From Candidatus Omnitrophota bacterium (GTDB lineage Bacteria > Omnitrophota > Gorgyraeia > Gygaellales > Profunditerraquicolaceae), in contig JAKQWZ010000019.1 in the NCBI GenBank assembly GCA_029561735.1, forward strand, positions 19,388 to 83,387: a DNA stretch of 64,000 nt, written 5' to 3'. This document shows positions 1-9,739 of this stretch, piece by piece. The notes beneath the pieces are model-generated. The model was not told the DNA's origin. It worked only from the letters and a program-made list of their open reading frames with translations, and searched no databases. The translations under genes were made by a program, and so were the position numbers. Each line of letters opens with the position of its first letter. The stretch's first letter is position 1.

Positions 1-1112
1 CGTCCGTTCTCGCCGAGCCTTTTGGCATAACCCGGGCTGTTCAATAACTGCTTTATCGCAAAACCCGCCCCGTCTATTGAATGGCAGAGCAAGCCCGAAT
101 ACTTATGTTTTATCTGCAAAGGAATACCGCCCACATTAGAAGCTACGACCGGCTTGGCTTTCCATAGCGCCTCGGCAACAGTAAGGCCAAAACCCTCTTT
201 CAGCGACTTCTGGATAATAACATCCGAGGCCCTCTGCAAGGCATTCACCTCTATATCATTTTGAGACAATAATAATATATGGATATCGCTGTCGCCCTTG
301 GCTTTTTCTATAACTTCATCAATGACCTTTGCGCCTTCCGGGTCATCGGCAGCTGTGCCTCCGGCAAGTATCAACTGGCAATCAATATATTTCTTAACCA
401 GAGAATACGCATCTATTACCCCTAACGGATCTTTTAAGCGGTCAAAACGCGATATCTGAGTTATAATCGGTTTATTTCTGATAATGCCGTATTTTTTCAA
501 TACAGCATCAATTATTTCAGGCGCAAGCTCCATATTTTTCTCGCTTAAGGGGTCAATTGAGGGAGAAATAAGAAATTGCCTTATCGGCAGCTTCTGGGCA
601 AAAGACGGAGAGGAAAAAACAGCCGAATCATATTTAACGATAAAATCCATCAGGAATTCCCATACCCTTTTATTCGGGTTTGAAACATCTATGTGGCAGC
701 GCCAGATCCATTTATTGCCGGATTTTTTATTTACCAGGGCTATCGGCTGAGGGTCATGGATAAACATTATGTCTGCCTGGGTTTCCATGCTTTCTATATT
801 ATGCCGGCTTGTTTCCATAAATACCTCAAAATCCTTATCCGTTACCTCTTCCGGCCTGCCGTGCAGGACATTATGGAATTTTTTTGTCACTTCAAAAAAC
901 TGCTCGCCGCCTTTTATCACATCCCATTTTGCGTCTACACCTAAATCTTTTATCAAAGGAGACATGCGGCTTAATATCTCGGCGACCCCGCCACCTACAG
1001 AAGTAGAATTTATATGCTGGATAGTTTTGCCTTTCAGCTTATCTGCCAGCAATCTCAAATCATCAATAATAGACTGTCCTACTATGGGGATATATTCTTC
1101 AAGCTTTGCCAT
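1..1112 (-). CDS. treT: Trehalose glycosyltransferring synthase TreT (GT4 family). The 3' end is cut by the window edge. ATG at 1110-1112.
   Basis: Hand translation of the minus strand from 1112 gives MAKLEEYIPIVGQ...INSTSVGGGVAEIL...WRCHIDVSNPN...SPSIDPLSEKN...PIITQISRFD...KEGFGLTVAEALWKAKPV. From memory these match the conserved blocks of archaeal and bacterial TreT. The gene is absent from the ORF track because no stop codon falls inside the window. Confidence 0.75.
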   Translation of the reverse strand, partial: MAKLEEYIPIVGQSIIDDLRLLADKLKGKTIQHINSTSVGGGVAEILSRMSPLIKDLGVDAKWDVIKGGEQFFEVTKKFHNVLHGRPEEVTDKDFEVFMETSRHNIESMETQADIMFIHDPQPIALVNKKSGNKWIWRCHIDVSNPNKRVWEFLMDFIVKYDSAVFSSPSFAQKLPIRQFLISPSIDPLSEKNMELAPEIIDAVLKKYGIIRNKPIITQISRFDRLKDPLGVIDAYSLVKKYIDCQLILAGGTAADDPEGAKVIDEVIEKAKGDSDIHILLLSQNDIEVNALQRASDVIIQKSLKEGFGLTVAEALWKAKPVVASNVGGIPLQIKHKYSGLLCHSIDGAGFAIKQLLNSPGYAKRLGENG

Positions 1113-1784
1113 TTATTCTAAGATCCTTTTTTCAATTATATGGATTATATTATTGCGCAGGTCTTCCAGGGTGCGGGTATACGGGTCAAAAGAACAAATC
1201 TCATCTGCCAGCAGTTTATCCCCCAGGGAATCCTCTATCCAGAAAGAAAAATCATTTGACGACCTTTCAAGCCTGAGCCGCGCCTCAAAAATATGAAAAT
1301 AAATAGAATCAATAGTGATCTTTTTCAATATTTGTACAAAATCTTCCAGATTATAAGCAACATAATCTGTGGGCAGGATAAAACTTACGGATTTGACAAA
1401 ATGGAACTCTTCTCCGGACCTGGCAAATTTAAGCTTGGCCATAGGGTTATTTTGCAGGTACTCCTCTATTGTCCGGGTTATTTTCGCCCTCAAGCCGCTG
1501 ATAGTTGAAAACTCCATAGTGTCAATACTCGCCAAGTTCTCTCCTAATTCATCTTCTCCTAATATTTCGCTCACCCAATAGGCGAAATCATTGGGCGGTT
1601 CCGGAGAAAGATACTGATGCTGCTGTAGAAACCTGTGGGTATGGTGGTAGATGCATGAACCGGGCACTTCTTTAATAAGCGTTACAAACTGGCTTAGGGT
1701 CGTTGCCCTTAAGCCGGTTAATTCCGAAAGATGCAATCTTGTGCTGAATCTAAACGGGCCCTTTGCTTGCCGGTGTTTAATCAT
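1113..1784 (-). CDS. Hypothetical 223-aa protein inside the trehalose operon, with no recognised motif.
   Basis: Complete ORF. Its stop overlaps the treT start and its start overlaps the otsB stop (ATGA-type coupling). No signal peptide or transmembrane segment. Confidence 0.5.
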   Translation of the reverse strand: MIKHRQAKGPFRFSTRLHLSELTGLRATTLSQFVTLIKEVPGSCIYHHTHRFLQQHQYLSPEPPNDFAYWVSEILGEDELGENLASIDTMEFSTISGLRAKITRTIEEYLQNNPMAKLKFARSGEEFHFVKSVSFILPTDYVAYNLEDFVQILKKITIDSIYFHIFEARLRLERSSNDFSFWIEDSLGDKLLADEICSFDPYTRTLEDLRNNIIHIIEKRILE

Positions 1785-2578
1785 TTTTCTTTTATCAACT
1801 CCAGATCCTGTAATAATTGCGCAACCTGCGCAGGGTTTTTTACATAATATTGGGCTTCGGATTGCCCGGATTCGCCCACAAATACAGTCAGCCCTTTGCC
1901 CCTTAGCGCCTTAAAAGCATCCTCATCCGTAACATCATCTCCTATATAAATGGGAAAGACCTGCTTATCTTTGGATGCAAATACCTGCCGGGATAAAAGC
2001 CATAACACAACTTTGCCCTTGTCCCATTGCACTGCAGGGCAAACCTCAAATATCTTCTTGCCGTACTTGACTTTGAGCCCTGCATTCTCCTTATACGGCG
2101 CTAATGCCTCCTCAAATATTGCTTTTATCTGCGGTATTTGGCTCTCTTCTGCCATCCGGTAATGCAGGCTTAAACTCAAGCCCTTGTCCTCAATCAGCAG
2201 GCCTTTAATAGAAGAATAATTCCCGGCCAAAACACCTTTTATTTGTTCAAGATTTTTCCTGAAATCCGCGGCAACGGTATAGACAAACTTTATTTTCGGC
2301 CCTTCAATCTCCAGGCCATGGTTGCCGGAATATATTATATTATCTATCTTTATTTTTTCTTTCAGGTCGCTTATACTGCGGCCGCTAATAAAAGCCAGGC
2401 AGATTTGGGGGTTAGCGGCCAGCTTTTTGATCAGCCCGCTGGTTTCATCGCTAAGGGTAGCCTGGTCCGGAGTTGCGGTAATAGGCGCTACTGTGCCGTC
2501 AAAATCCAGAAATATGAACAGATATTTATCTTTGAGGCTTTCCTGGATCCGGCCCCAATTATCAAACAGATAATCCAT
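1781..2578 (-). CDS. otsB: Trehalose-6-phosphate phosphatase (HAD family)
   Basis: HAD motif I FLDFDGTV near the N-terminus, a C-terminal GDDVTDEDAF motif, 265 aa. Translationally coupled to otsA upstream. Confidence 0.8.
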   Translation of the reverse strand: MDYLFDNWGRIQESLKDKYLFIFLDFDGTVAPITATPDQATLSDETSGLIKKLAANPQICLAFISGRSISDLKEKIKIDNIIYSGNHGLEIEGPKIKFVYTVAADFRKNLEQIKGVLAGNYSSIKGLLIEDKGLSLSLHYRMAEESQIPQIKAIFEEALAPYKENAGLKVKYGKKIFEVCPAVQWDKGKVVLWLLSRQVFASKDKQVFPIYIGDDVTDEDAFKALRGKGLTVFVGESGQSEAQYYVKNPAQVAQLLQDLELIKEK

Positions 2579-2582
2579 ATTT

Positions 2583-4823
2583 TTATGGCTGGTTTTTGTT
2601 TAAAGCGGTTAATTCCGTGATTATGTTGCCTGCCCAGCGGTAAATGTTATTTTCTGCCACTATCTTGCGCATATTCTGCATACGCCGCAGCCTTTCCTCT
2701 ACGGGCATTTCCACGGTAAACTTAATAGCGTCAGCGAATTCTTCTATTGAATACGGGTTTATCTGCACTGCATCAGTCAATTCTCTGGCAGCTCCGGTAA
2801 AGCGGCTAAGCATCAAAGCGCCGCTTGAATCAGACCGCGAAGATACATATTCTTTTGCCACCAGGTTCATTCCGTCGTGCAATGAGCTGACAATACAGAT
2901 ATCCGCCAAAAGATAATATGGCTTGACTTCTTCAGGAGAGAAATACCTCTTAAGATAAATTATCGGCCTCCAGATACCGTCGGAATATTTCCAATTTTTC
3001 TTTTCCACCAGCTCATCTATCTCGCCTATGAGGTCATGATAACGTTTTATGTGCGTACGGCTGGGGGCGGCCAGCTGGATAAAGACAAATTTATCCTTGT
3101 ATTGAGGGTATTTTTCTAAAAACCGGTCAATAGCAAGTATCCGCTCGACTATCCCCTTGGTATAATCTATCCTGTCAACTCCGACGGCGACTATCTTATC
3201 CTGCAGCTGCAATTCATGGCGGATTGATTCTATCTTTTCTGTCTCAGCTTTAGTCGTTTTAACATTGGCGTACCCGTCAACGCTGATCGGAAAAGACCTG
3301 ACAAACGTCTCCCTGCTGCCCCTGATAACGCTGAACTTTTCCGTATCAACGCGGCATTCAATCAGCCGGTTTGCCGTATCCAAAAAGTTATTGCAATGCA
3401 CCTGCACATGAAAACCGATCAGATCGCATGAGAGCATACCGTCAAGTATCTCATGCTGATAAGGACAGATGGCAAATACTTCGGGGTTCGGCCATGGTAT
3501 ATGCCAGAATAAGGCTATAGTGACATCAGGCCTTTTCTCCTTAATCATTTTGGCCAGCAGAGTAAAATGATAATCCTGTATGAAAACAAAGGGGTTCTTT
3601 GCAGGCAGTTCTTCTAAAACGCTATTGGCAAATTTCTGGTTGACCTCTTTATACATCTGCCAGTCAGTTTCCCTGAATATAGGGCGCGTATGGGTAACAT
3701 GGCATAGCGGCCACAGGCCTTCGTTGGAAAAACCATAGTAGTAACCGTCCTCTTCTTCTTTGTTCAGCCAGACCCTTTTTAGAATATAACGGTTATCTTC
3801 CGGAGGAACGCCTAATTTGTTCTTGGAGTTTATGAATTTTCTATCTGCATCGCCGCTCCCGTGGGCAATCCAGGTGCCACCGCATGCGCGTAATATCGGG
3901 TCTATGGCAGTGACAACGCCGCTGGCAGGGCGCACGCACTTAGGCGTGCCGCTTATATCATTAGAAACATGCATATAAGGCTCCCTGTTAGATACTACAA
4001 TAAAAGTATTCTCTCCGAGCTTGGCATGAATGAGGTCCCTTAATTTATCTTCTGTCCAGGCCTCTTCTTTTTGAATGCGGGCATGCGCTTTTTCGGATAC
4101 GGCCTTGCGGGCAACCCTCAAGCCCAATGCCACCTGCTCCACTTCGCTTACCAGTTTGCCAAATTCTCCCTTTTCCTCAAATGGGCGGAGTTTTTCCAGC
4201 TCGCCTTTTTGAAAATGAGTAAACCATTGCGTAAGCCTTCGCACAGGCAGAATAAAAATCTGCCTCTGGATTAACAGGGCAATCCCAATAATAGATACTA
4301 TTAGAATAATCAGGGTAATGCTTATCCTTTTCCACAAAACAGCCAGAGTGGTGAACAAATAGGATGTATCATAAACAACCTCTACTGCTCCCAGTAAACT
4401 TTCATCGTCTCCTAAAATCGGCAGGATATAGCTATACACCGAATAATCCCCGAATTTTTCTATTCCCCCGCGGGCAGCCCTGGCATTAAAAGAATCTTTG
4501 ACATAAGGCTTATCTTTCTGCCCCCAGCCGGAGATCCTTTCGGTAATAGCCAGGATCGCGCCTTCCTTATCATAAACTACGCAACCCTGCATCCTCTCTC
4601 TCTTCTGGAAGCTTTCCGCCAGGCGCTTAATTGATTTTAAATCATTATTAATCAGCGCATACCTTGCTGATAATTCAACGCTTTCAGCAACGGTCTTGGC
4701 CTTCCTTTTCAGGTCATCCATCAGCTTATCCTCTTCGTATTTGACCTGAATTATGCCGAAAATGGTCAATGCAGCCGATACTATAATCAAAATCGGCAAT
4801 ATGAATAATAAAATCCTCTTCAT
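2583..4823 (-). CDS. otsA: Trehalose-6-phosphate synthase (GT20) with an N-terminal TM-sensor-TM-HAMP module
   Basis: The C-terminal ~470 aa carry the GT20 signatures VVSNREPY, GGLWPLCH and IQDYHFTLL. The N-terminal ~280 aa contain two hydrophobic helices (about residues 5-25 and 165-188) around a ~140-aa predicted extracytoplasmic domain. A HAMP-like stretch follows (PVRRLTQWF...GEFGKLVSEVEQVALGL). Confidence 0.8.
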   Translation of the reverse strand: MKRILLFILPILIIVSAALTIFGIIQVKYEEDKLMDDLKRKAKTVAESVELSARYALINNDLKSIKRLAESFQKRERMQGCVVYDKEGAILAITERISGWGQKDKPYVKDSFNARAARGGIEKFGDYSVYSYILPILGDDESLLGAVEVVYDTSYLFTTLAVLWKRISITLIILIVSIIGIALLIQRQIFILPVRRLTQWFTHFQKGELEKLRPFEEKGEFGKLVSEVEQVALGLRVARKAVSEKAHARIQKEEAWTEDKLRDLIHAKLGENTFIVVSNREPYMHVSNDISGTPKCVRPASGVVTAIDPILRACGGTWIAHGSGDADRKFINSKNKLGVPPEDNRYILKRVWLNKEEEDGYYYGFSNEGLWPLCHVTHTRPIFRETDWQMYKEVNQKFANSVLEELPAKNPFVFIQDYHFTLLAKMIKEKRPDVTIALFWHIPWPNPEVFAICPYQHEILDGMLSCDLIGFHVQVHCNNFLDTANRLIECRVDTEKFSVIRGSRETFVRSFPISVDGYANVKTTKAETEKIESIRHELQLQDKIVAVGVDRIDYTKGIVERILAIDRFLEKYPQYKDKFVFIQLAAPSRTHIKRYHDLIGEIDELVEKKNWKYSDGIWRPIIYLKRYFSPEEVKPYYLLADICIVSSLHDGMNLVAKEYVSSRSDSSGALMLSRFTGAARELTDAVQINPYSIEEFADAIKFTVEMPVEERLRRMQNMRKIVAENNIYRWAGNIITELTALNKNQP

Positions 4824-4886
4824 TAAGCTCTCCTTAAAATAAAATTGCCACCTTGCCCTTAATGCAAGATGGCGGCCCGGCCATCT

Positions 4887-4914
4887 GAAAAAATCCTCCG
4901 GGAATATACCCCGG
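4887..4914 (-). terminator. Putative intrinsic terminator downstream of nadE
   Basis: On the minus strand there is a CCGGG/CCCGG stem with a 7-nt loop, followed by AGGAUUUUUU. It lies between the nadE stop (4955) and the otsA start (4823). Confidence 0.3.
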
Positions 4915-4954
4915 ACCCTTATTTATTATAACATTATATTAACAATTATCAAGC

Positions 4955-6631
4955 CTACCCCTTATACCCGTTAGTGATGGGCATGCGGCGGTCCCTGCCG
5001 AATGCCTTGGGCGTAATCTTAATGCCCGGCGGAGACTGCCTGCGTTTATATTCGCTCCTGTCCACTAAACGCATTACATCCAAAACCGTTTCTTTTTTAA
5101 AGCCGGACTTTACAATCTGATTTAACTCCTTATCTTCTTCCACATATGCTTTTAAAATAGGATCTAATTCCGCATAAGGCGGTAGCGTATCTTCGTCTTT
5201 CTGGTTATGCCTGAGTTCTGCCGTAGGCGGCTTGGTAAAAATACGTTCCGGAATGATCTGATGCACGGAATTTTTCCACCTGCAGATCTTATAAACCAGC
5301 GTCTTAGGGACATCTTTGACTACGGCCAGGCCTCCTGCCATATCCCCGTAAAGAGTGGCATATCCTGTGCTCATCTCGGATTTATTTCCTGTGGTAAGCA
5401 CCAGCCAGTGGAATTTATTAGATAAAGCCATAAGGATATTGCCGCGTATGCGGGCCTGAAGGTTTTCTTCGGTGATGTTTCTTTCCAGGCCAGCAAAATG
5501 AGGCTCTAATATCATCAAATACATCTTATATGCCTGCTCAATAGAAATATTTATAAATTGTATCCCTAAATTCCGGCAAAGCTGCTTAGCGTCAATCTCG
5601 GATTCCGGGGAAGAATAATGCGTAGGCATAAAAACGCCCGTAACATTATCTTTTCCCAATGCATCGGCAGCCACAGAAGCAACCAGCGCCGAATCAATCC
5701 CTCCGCTTACGCCGATAACTGCTTTGCCAAAACCGTTTTTACCCGCATAATCCTTTACTCCCAGCACCAGGGCCCGGTAGACCTCTTCCGGAGCAGTCAA
5801 AGCCTGAAAATGCCGTTTTGGCAATTTAGGTTTTTTCCGTAACGCCGGGTATTTTTCCAATAATATAACTTTTTTCGATCCAGCCCTGGCAGGAACCACC
5901 TTGAGGTCAACCATAAGCAAGTCCTCTTCAAAAGCAGCAGCCTTTTGAATAATATTCCCTTTTGCCGATACAACCATGCTTTGGCCGTCGAAAACCAGTT
6001 CATCCTGCCCTCCGGAAAGGTTCACATAAGCAATATCCACCCGGCTCTTTTTTGCCTGCCCTCTTAATATGGATTCCCTTAACTTTACTTTTCCGGCATA
6101 ATACGGCGAGGCATTAATATTTAAGACAAGTTTTGCGCCCAATTTCGCATGCATCATTGCCGGGCCGTCTTTATGCCAGATATCCTCGCAAATATTCACT
6201 GCGAACACCAATCCGCCGTAATTAAAAACCATGGTTTTTTCACCAGGTTCAAAATACCGCTCTTCGTCAAACACGCCGTAATTAGGCAAGAACATTTTAT
6301 GGTATATTCCGCGGATTTTGCCTTTATATACAATTGCTGCCGCATTATATAAAGACCCTCCATGCCGGTCTACAAAACCGATAACTGCGACTATGTCCCT
6401 GACTTCTCCGGCCAACTGCTTAAGTTCATGGATATTATCGGCGATAAATTTAGGTTTTAACAATAGATCTTCCGGCGGATAACCGGTAACTGCCAATTCC
6501 GGAAAACAGGCTATATCCACTCCGGCGTCTTCGCACCTTTTAAGATAATAGCGTATCTTGGAACAATTTGCCTCCAAGTCGCCGACTCGGCAATTAATCT
6601 GGGCTAAAGCTATTCTTATATTATTTTTCAT
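4955..6631 (-). CDS. nadE: Glutamine-dependent NAD+ synthetase (N-terminal nitrilase/CN-hydrolase domain plus C-terminal NAD synthetase domain)
   Basis: 558 aa. N-terminal carbon-nitrogen hydrolase region (CFPELAVTGYPPEDL). C-terminal PP-loop GVSGGIDSALVASVAA. Confidence 0.85.
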   Translation of the reverse strand: MKNNIRIALAQINCRVGDLEANCSKIRYYLKRCEDAGVDIACFPELAVTGYPPEDLLLKPKFIADNIHELKQLAGEVRDIVAVIGFVDRHGGSLYNAAAIVYKGKIRGIYHKMFLPNYGVFDEERYFEPGEKTMVFNYGGLVFAVNICEDIWHKDGPAMMHAKLGAKLVLNINASPYYAGKVKLRESILRGQAKKSRVDIAYVNLSGGQDELVFDGQSMVVSAKGNIIQKAAAFEEDLLMVDLKVVPARAGSKKVILLEKYPALRKKPKLPKRHFQALTAPEEVYRALVLGVKDYAGKNGFGKAVIGVSGGIDSALVASVAADALGKDNVTGVFMPTHYSSPESEIDAKQLCRNLGIQFINISIEQAYKMYLMILEPHFAGLERNITEENLQARIRGNILMALSNKFHWLVLTTGNKSEMSTGYATLYGDMAGGLAVVKDVPKTLVYKICRWKNSVHQIIPERIFTKPPTAELRHNQKDEDTLPPYAELDPILKAYVEEDKELNQIVKSGFKKETVLDVMRLVDRSEYKRRQSPPGIKITPKAFGRDRRMPITNGYKG

Positions 6632-6736
6632 GATATGAATATTCTACTCTTACTGCCAACTACTTCAAGCGGAAAAATCACCTTAAAGCCGCTTTGCAGG
6701 TCAGGCTTAAACCTGCCCTGCAATAATCTCCTGAAG

Positions 6737-7231
6737 CTAATTAGATTCTTTAATTAACTCTTGGATTATTTCTTTTAAATGCATTACAGCGTGCTTGACC
6801 TCTTCGCTTACTTGAGCAGAAAATTTGACTGATTTAGGCTGGATACCGATGACCATTATATCGCTCTTCAGGCTCATCCGCAAATATTGCGCAAGCATCT
6901 TCAGCGGCAGGCGGTGTGTAGAAAACGAGTCTCCCGCAGTTTGTTCCGGGTCAAAAATCCTGATTGTCCCCGGTTTTTCCTGCAAGTCAGCGCAATCTAT
7001 AATAATTAAATGTGTGGGGCTATACTTTTTTATTTCACCGGTGAGGTTTTCCGGGGCAGTGGCTCCGATAAAAATGCGGAATTTTCCGGTATTCTCCAGC
7101 CCTTGAACAGCCAAAAGCCCTGCCGCATCATCGCCTTTTAAATCCGAACCTATTGCCAAAAGCGCGACTCTCTGTGCTGATCCCAGCCTATTCTCCAGAG
7201 CTTTCTTTATTTCCTGCAATACTTGGGCCAT
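6737..7231 (-). CDS. [NiFe] hydrogenase maturation endopeptidase (HycI/HyaD-like)
   Basis: 164 aa with LLAIGSDLKGDDAAGL (the GNxxxGDDGxG-like motif of this protease family). It is the last gene of the hydrogenase operon. The annotated start overlaps the upstream gene by 44 nt, so the true start is probably internal. Confidence 0.6.
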   Translation of the reverse strand: MAQVLQEIKKALENRLGSAQRVALLAIGSDLKGDDAAGLLAVQGLENTGKFRIFIGATAPENLTGEIKKYSPTHLIIIDCADLQEKPGTIRIFDPEQTAGDSFSTHRLPLKMLAQYLRMSLKSDIMVIGIQPKSVKFSAQVSEEVKHAVMHLKEIIQELIKESN

Positions 7232-7580
7232 CGGTCAGGGTAATTTTTAACTTCTTGGGGTCTAATTGGGCGAGCTCAAATTCAGAGGTTAACCCTAAGG
7301 CTTTTTTCAGGCAAGAATCAACGCACTGGCCGCAATAAATACATTTACCCAAATCAAGGTCAGCTTCAAATTTTTTCTCTCCTACCTGCCTGATCACTAT
7401 AGCGCCTGTGGGGCAGTCTTTCATGCACATCTTACATCCTATGCACTTAGATGCGTCAAATTTTAATTTGCCGCGAAACCCTTTAGGCATGCCTGACTTA
7501 TCAGCCGGATAATTCACAGTTGCCGGTTTTTTAGTCAAAGAGCTCAAAAGTTGCCTGATCATTGCCCCGGGCCAGATCAT
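7188..7580 (-). CDS. 2x[4Fe-4S] ferredoxin-like hydrogenase subunit (NuoI/MbhN/EchF-like)
   Basis: Two cysteine clusters, CIGCKMCMKDCP and CIYCGQCVDSC, in a 130-aa protein. Confidence 0.7.
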   Translation of the reverse strand: MIWPGAMIRQLLSSLTKKPATVNYPADKSGMPKGFRGKLKFDASKCIGCKMCMKDCPTGAIVIRQVGEKKFEADLDLGKCIYCGQCVDSCLKKALGLTSEFELAQLDPKKLKITLTDGPSIAGNKESSGE

Positions 7581-8518
7581 TTGAATAAAGCTCCTTTAAG
7601 AATAAGGTTTATTATAACCTGCAAGAACGCCAGCGGAGCAAACACTCTCCAGCATAAATTGATCATCTGGTCAAGCCTCAAGCGGGCAAAAAGCGAACGC
7701 AGTAATGAAACCAGAGAAATAAGCGCCGCGACTTTTAACACATAGATAATAAAACCGGCGATTGGCCCGGCATCCAACCACCATGGCATAAATACCGCTG
7801 CCAAAAGGCTGATACCGACTACCATCTCAATATTTATGGATAATCTGAATAATGCCAGGAGCCGGCCGCTATATTCGGTAAAACTGCCGGCAACGATCTC
7901 TGTTTCAGCTTCGGGTATATCAAAAGGGACTTTTTCCAATTTTCCTAAAAGCGTAATTTGAGCGATTACAAACCCAAGGATATTAAATACCCAATACCCC
8001 GGATGCGCGCTGTAAAATGCGGCCATTTTGCTTAAAGACCAGGTATCTGCCAAAAGCGCTGCAGCAAGTATGGTCATAAATAGCGGGACTTCATAGGCAA
8101 AAAGCTGGGTCAAAGACCTGACTGCCCCGATCATTGAAAACACCGAACGCGAATACCACCCTCCGAGAAAATAAGTCAAGATCGGCACAGTCAACAGGTA
8201 TAATACAACAACTACGTCGCCGTTAAACGAATAAAGCGCATTTTTTCCCCAAAGCGGGATATAGAAAAAAGCGCAAGACACAGAAGTAAGCGCAAAAACC
8301 GGCATCAGTTTAAAAACCCGGTTATCTGCCTCTTCAGGAATAATATCCTCCTTGCCCAAAAGTTTGATAAAATCAGCCAGCGGCTGAAACCACGGAGGGC
8401 CGACCCTGTTTTGCAGGCGAGCACCCAATTTACGGTCGAAGAACTCAGCAGCTAAGCTGAAAAAAAACAAAAACAGCAAACCGGGGAATATCAGGATATT
8501 AAAAATCGGCATTAACAT
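7577..8518 (-). CDS. Membrane subunit of group-4 hydrogenase (NuoH/MbhM/EchB-like)
   Basis: 313 aa, polytopic. The NuoH-family motif RKLGARLQNRVGPP is present. Confidence 0.75.
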   Translation of the reverse strand: MLMPIFNILIFPGLLFLFFFSLAAEFFDRKLGARLQNRVGPPWFQPLADFIKLLGKEDIIPEEADNRVFKLMPVFALTSVSCAFFYIPLWGKNALYSFNGDVVVVLYLLTVPILTYFLGGWYSRSVFSMIGAVRSLTQLFAYEVPLFMTILAAALLADTWSLSKMAAFYSAHPGYWVFNILGFVIAQITLLGKLEKVPFDIPEAETEIVAGSFTEYSGRLLALFRLSINIEMVVGISLLAAVFMPWWLDAGPIAGFIIYVLKVAALISLVSLLRSLFARLRLDQMINLCWRVFAPLAFLQVIINLILKGALFK

Positions 8519-8521
8519 TTT

Positions 8522-9739
8522 TTAGAAAGTTTTATTCAATTTTGCAAAATCTATCCCCCGCTTCTTGTACCACTCAATACTATCGCGGTGGATCTTTTCC
8601 CATTCAAATGTATTTTTGGAATTATGATCAACATAATTTATGCTAACCAGCCTGTCTGTGCATGAAAAACACGGGTCAATTGCCGCTACCACTATCGGCA
8701 TATCAGCCAGGTACCTGTCCTCAAGCATAAGCGCGACTGCCTGCACATTAGCTAAAGTCGGAGCGCGCACTTTTACGCGGTCCGGTTTATCTGTCCCGTT
8801 GGCCCTGACATAATGCAGGTCTTCTCCTCTGGGCGCTTCATAACGGCTGACAGCTTCTCCAACAGGGATCTTCCTTGGCGCCCGCACTGAAATCGGCCCC
8901 TCAGGCAATTTAGCCAGCAGCTGGCGTATTATTTGAAAAGATTCCATCAGCTCTAGCACCCTCACAATGGTCCTGCCATAAACATCGCAGGTATTGTGCG
9001 TGATCACTTTAAAATCAATATCAGCATAAGCAGCATAGGGATCGTCTTTTCTTACATCGCGCTGCACTCCTGATGCGCGCGCAGTCGGGCCTACCGCGCC
9101 CATGCGTATTGCGTCTTCATAAGAAAGCATGCCTACTTTGGACAGCCTGTTGATCAGGGTAGGCTCCTCGCCGGCAATCTTAATATAATATTTTGTCCTT
9201 TCTTCCAGCGTATCCACTCCCTTAAGGACTTGAGGTATCTGCTCAGCTTTTATATCGCGCCTTACTCCGCCGATAGTATTCATACCATAATTCACCCGGT
9301 TCCCGGTCAGTTGTGCCAGAATATCCATAACCACTTCCCTGTCGCGCCAGGTATACATCAATAAAGTGTCAAATCCGATCTCATGCCCGGCAACGCCCAA
9401 CCACAAAAGATGGCTGTGGACCCTTTCTAATTCAGCGACTATTGTGCGGATATACTTTGCCCGGGCCGGTATCTCAATACCGGCAATCTCTTCCACTGCC
9501 TGAGCAAAAGCAGTTGAATGCGAATGCGAGCAAATCCCGCATATCCGTTCAATCAAATAAAGATCTTGAATATAAGTCCTGCCCTCGCAGGCCTTTTCTA
9601 TACCGCGGTGATTATAACCGATTTTAACCGAAGCGGCGGTGATCTTTTCGCCGCGCAAGGTCAGCAAAAAACTCTCCGGTTCTTTTAATGCCGGGTGCTG
9701 CGGGCCTATAGGGACTTTCACATCTCCTGTATTATGCAT
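8522..9739 (-). CDS. [NiFe] hydrogenase large subunit, group 4 (MbhL/EchE/NuoD-like)
   Basis: N-terminal Ni-binding motif RICGICSHSH and C-terminal DPCFSCTDR. Both Ni-Fe ligand cysteine pairs are present. Confidence 0.85.
   Translation of the reverse strand: MHNTGDVKVPIGPQHPALKEPESFLLTLRGEKITAASVKIGYNHRGIEKACEGRTYIQDLYLIERICGICSHSHSTAFAQAVEEIAGIEIPARAKYIRTIVAELERVHSHLLWLGVAGHEIGFDTLLMYTWRDREVVMDILAQLTGNRVNYGMNTIGGVRRDIKAEQIPQVLKGVDTLEERTKYYIKIAGEEPTLINRLSKVGMLSYEDAIRMGAVGPTARASGVQRDVRKDDPYAAYADIDFKVITHNTCDVYGRTIVRVLELMESFQIIRQLLAKLPEGPISVRAPRKIPVGEAVSRYEAPRGEDLHYVRANGTDKPDRVKVRAPTLANVQAVALMLEDRYLADMPIVVAAIDPCFSCTDRLVSINYVDHNSKNTFEWEKIHRDSIEWYKKRGIDFAKLNKTF

Noticed and set aside
7188-7231. 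44-nt overlap between the hydrogenase maturation protease ORF and the ferredoxin-subunit ORF as a programmed overlap
   Set aside because: More likely the longest-ORF start of the protease is too far upstream. The conserved N-terminal GDD motif lies ~25 codons in, with a possible TTG start nearer.
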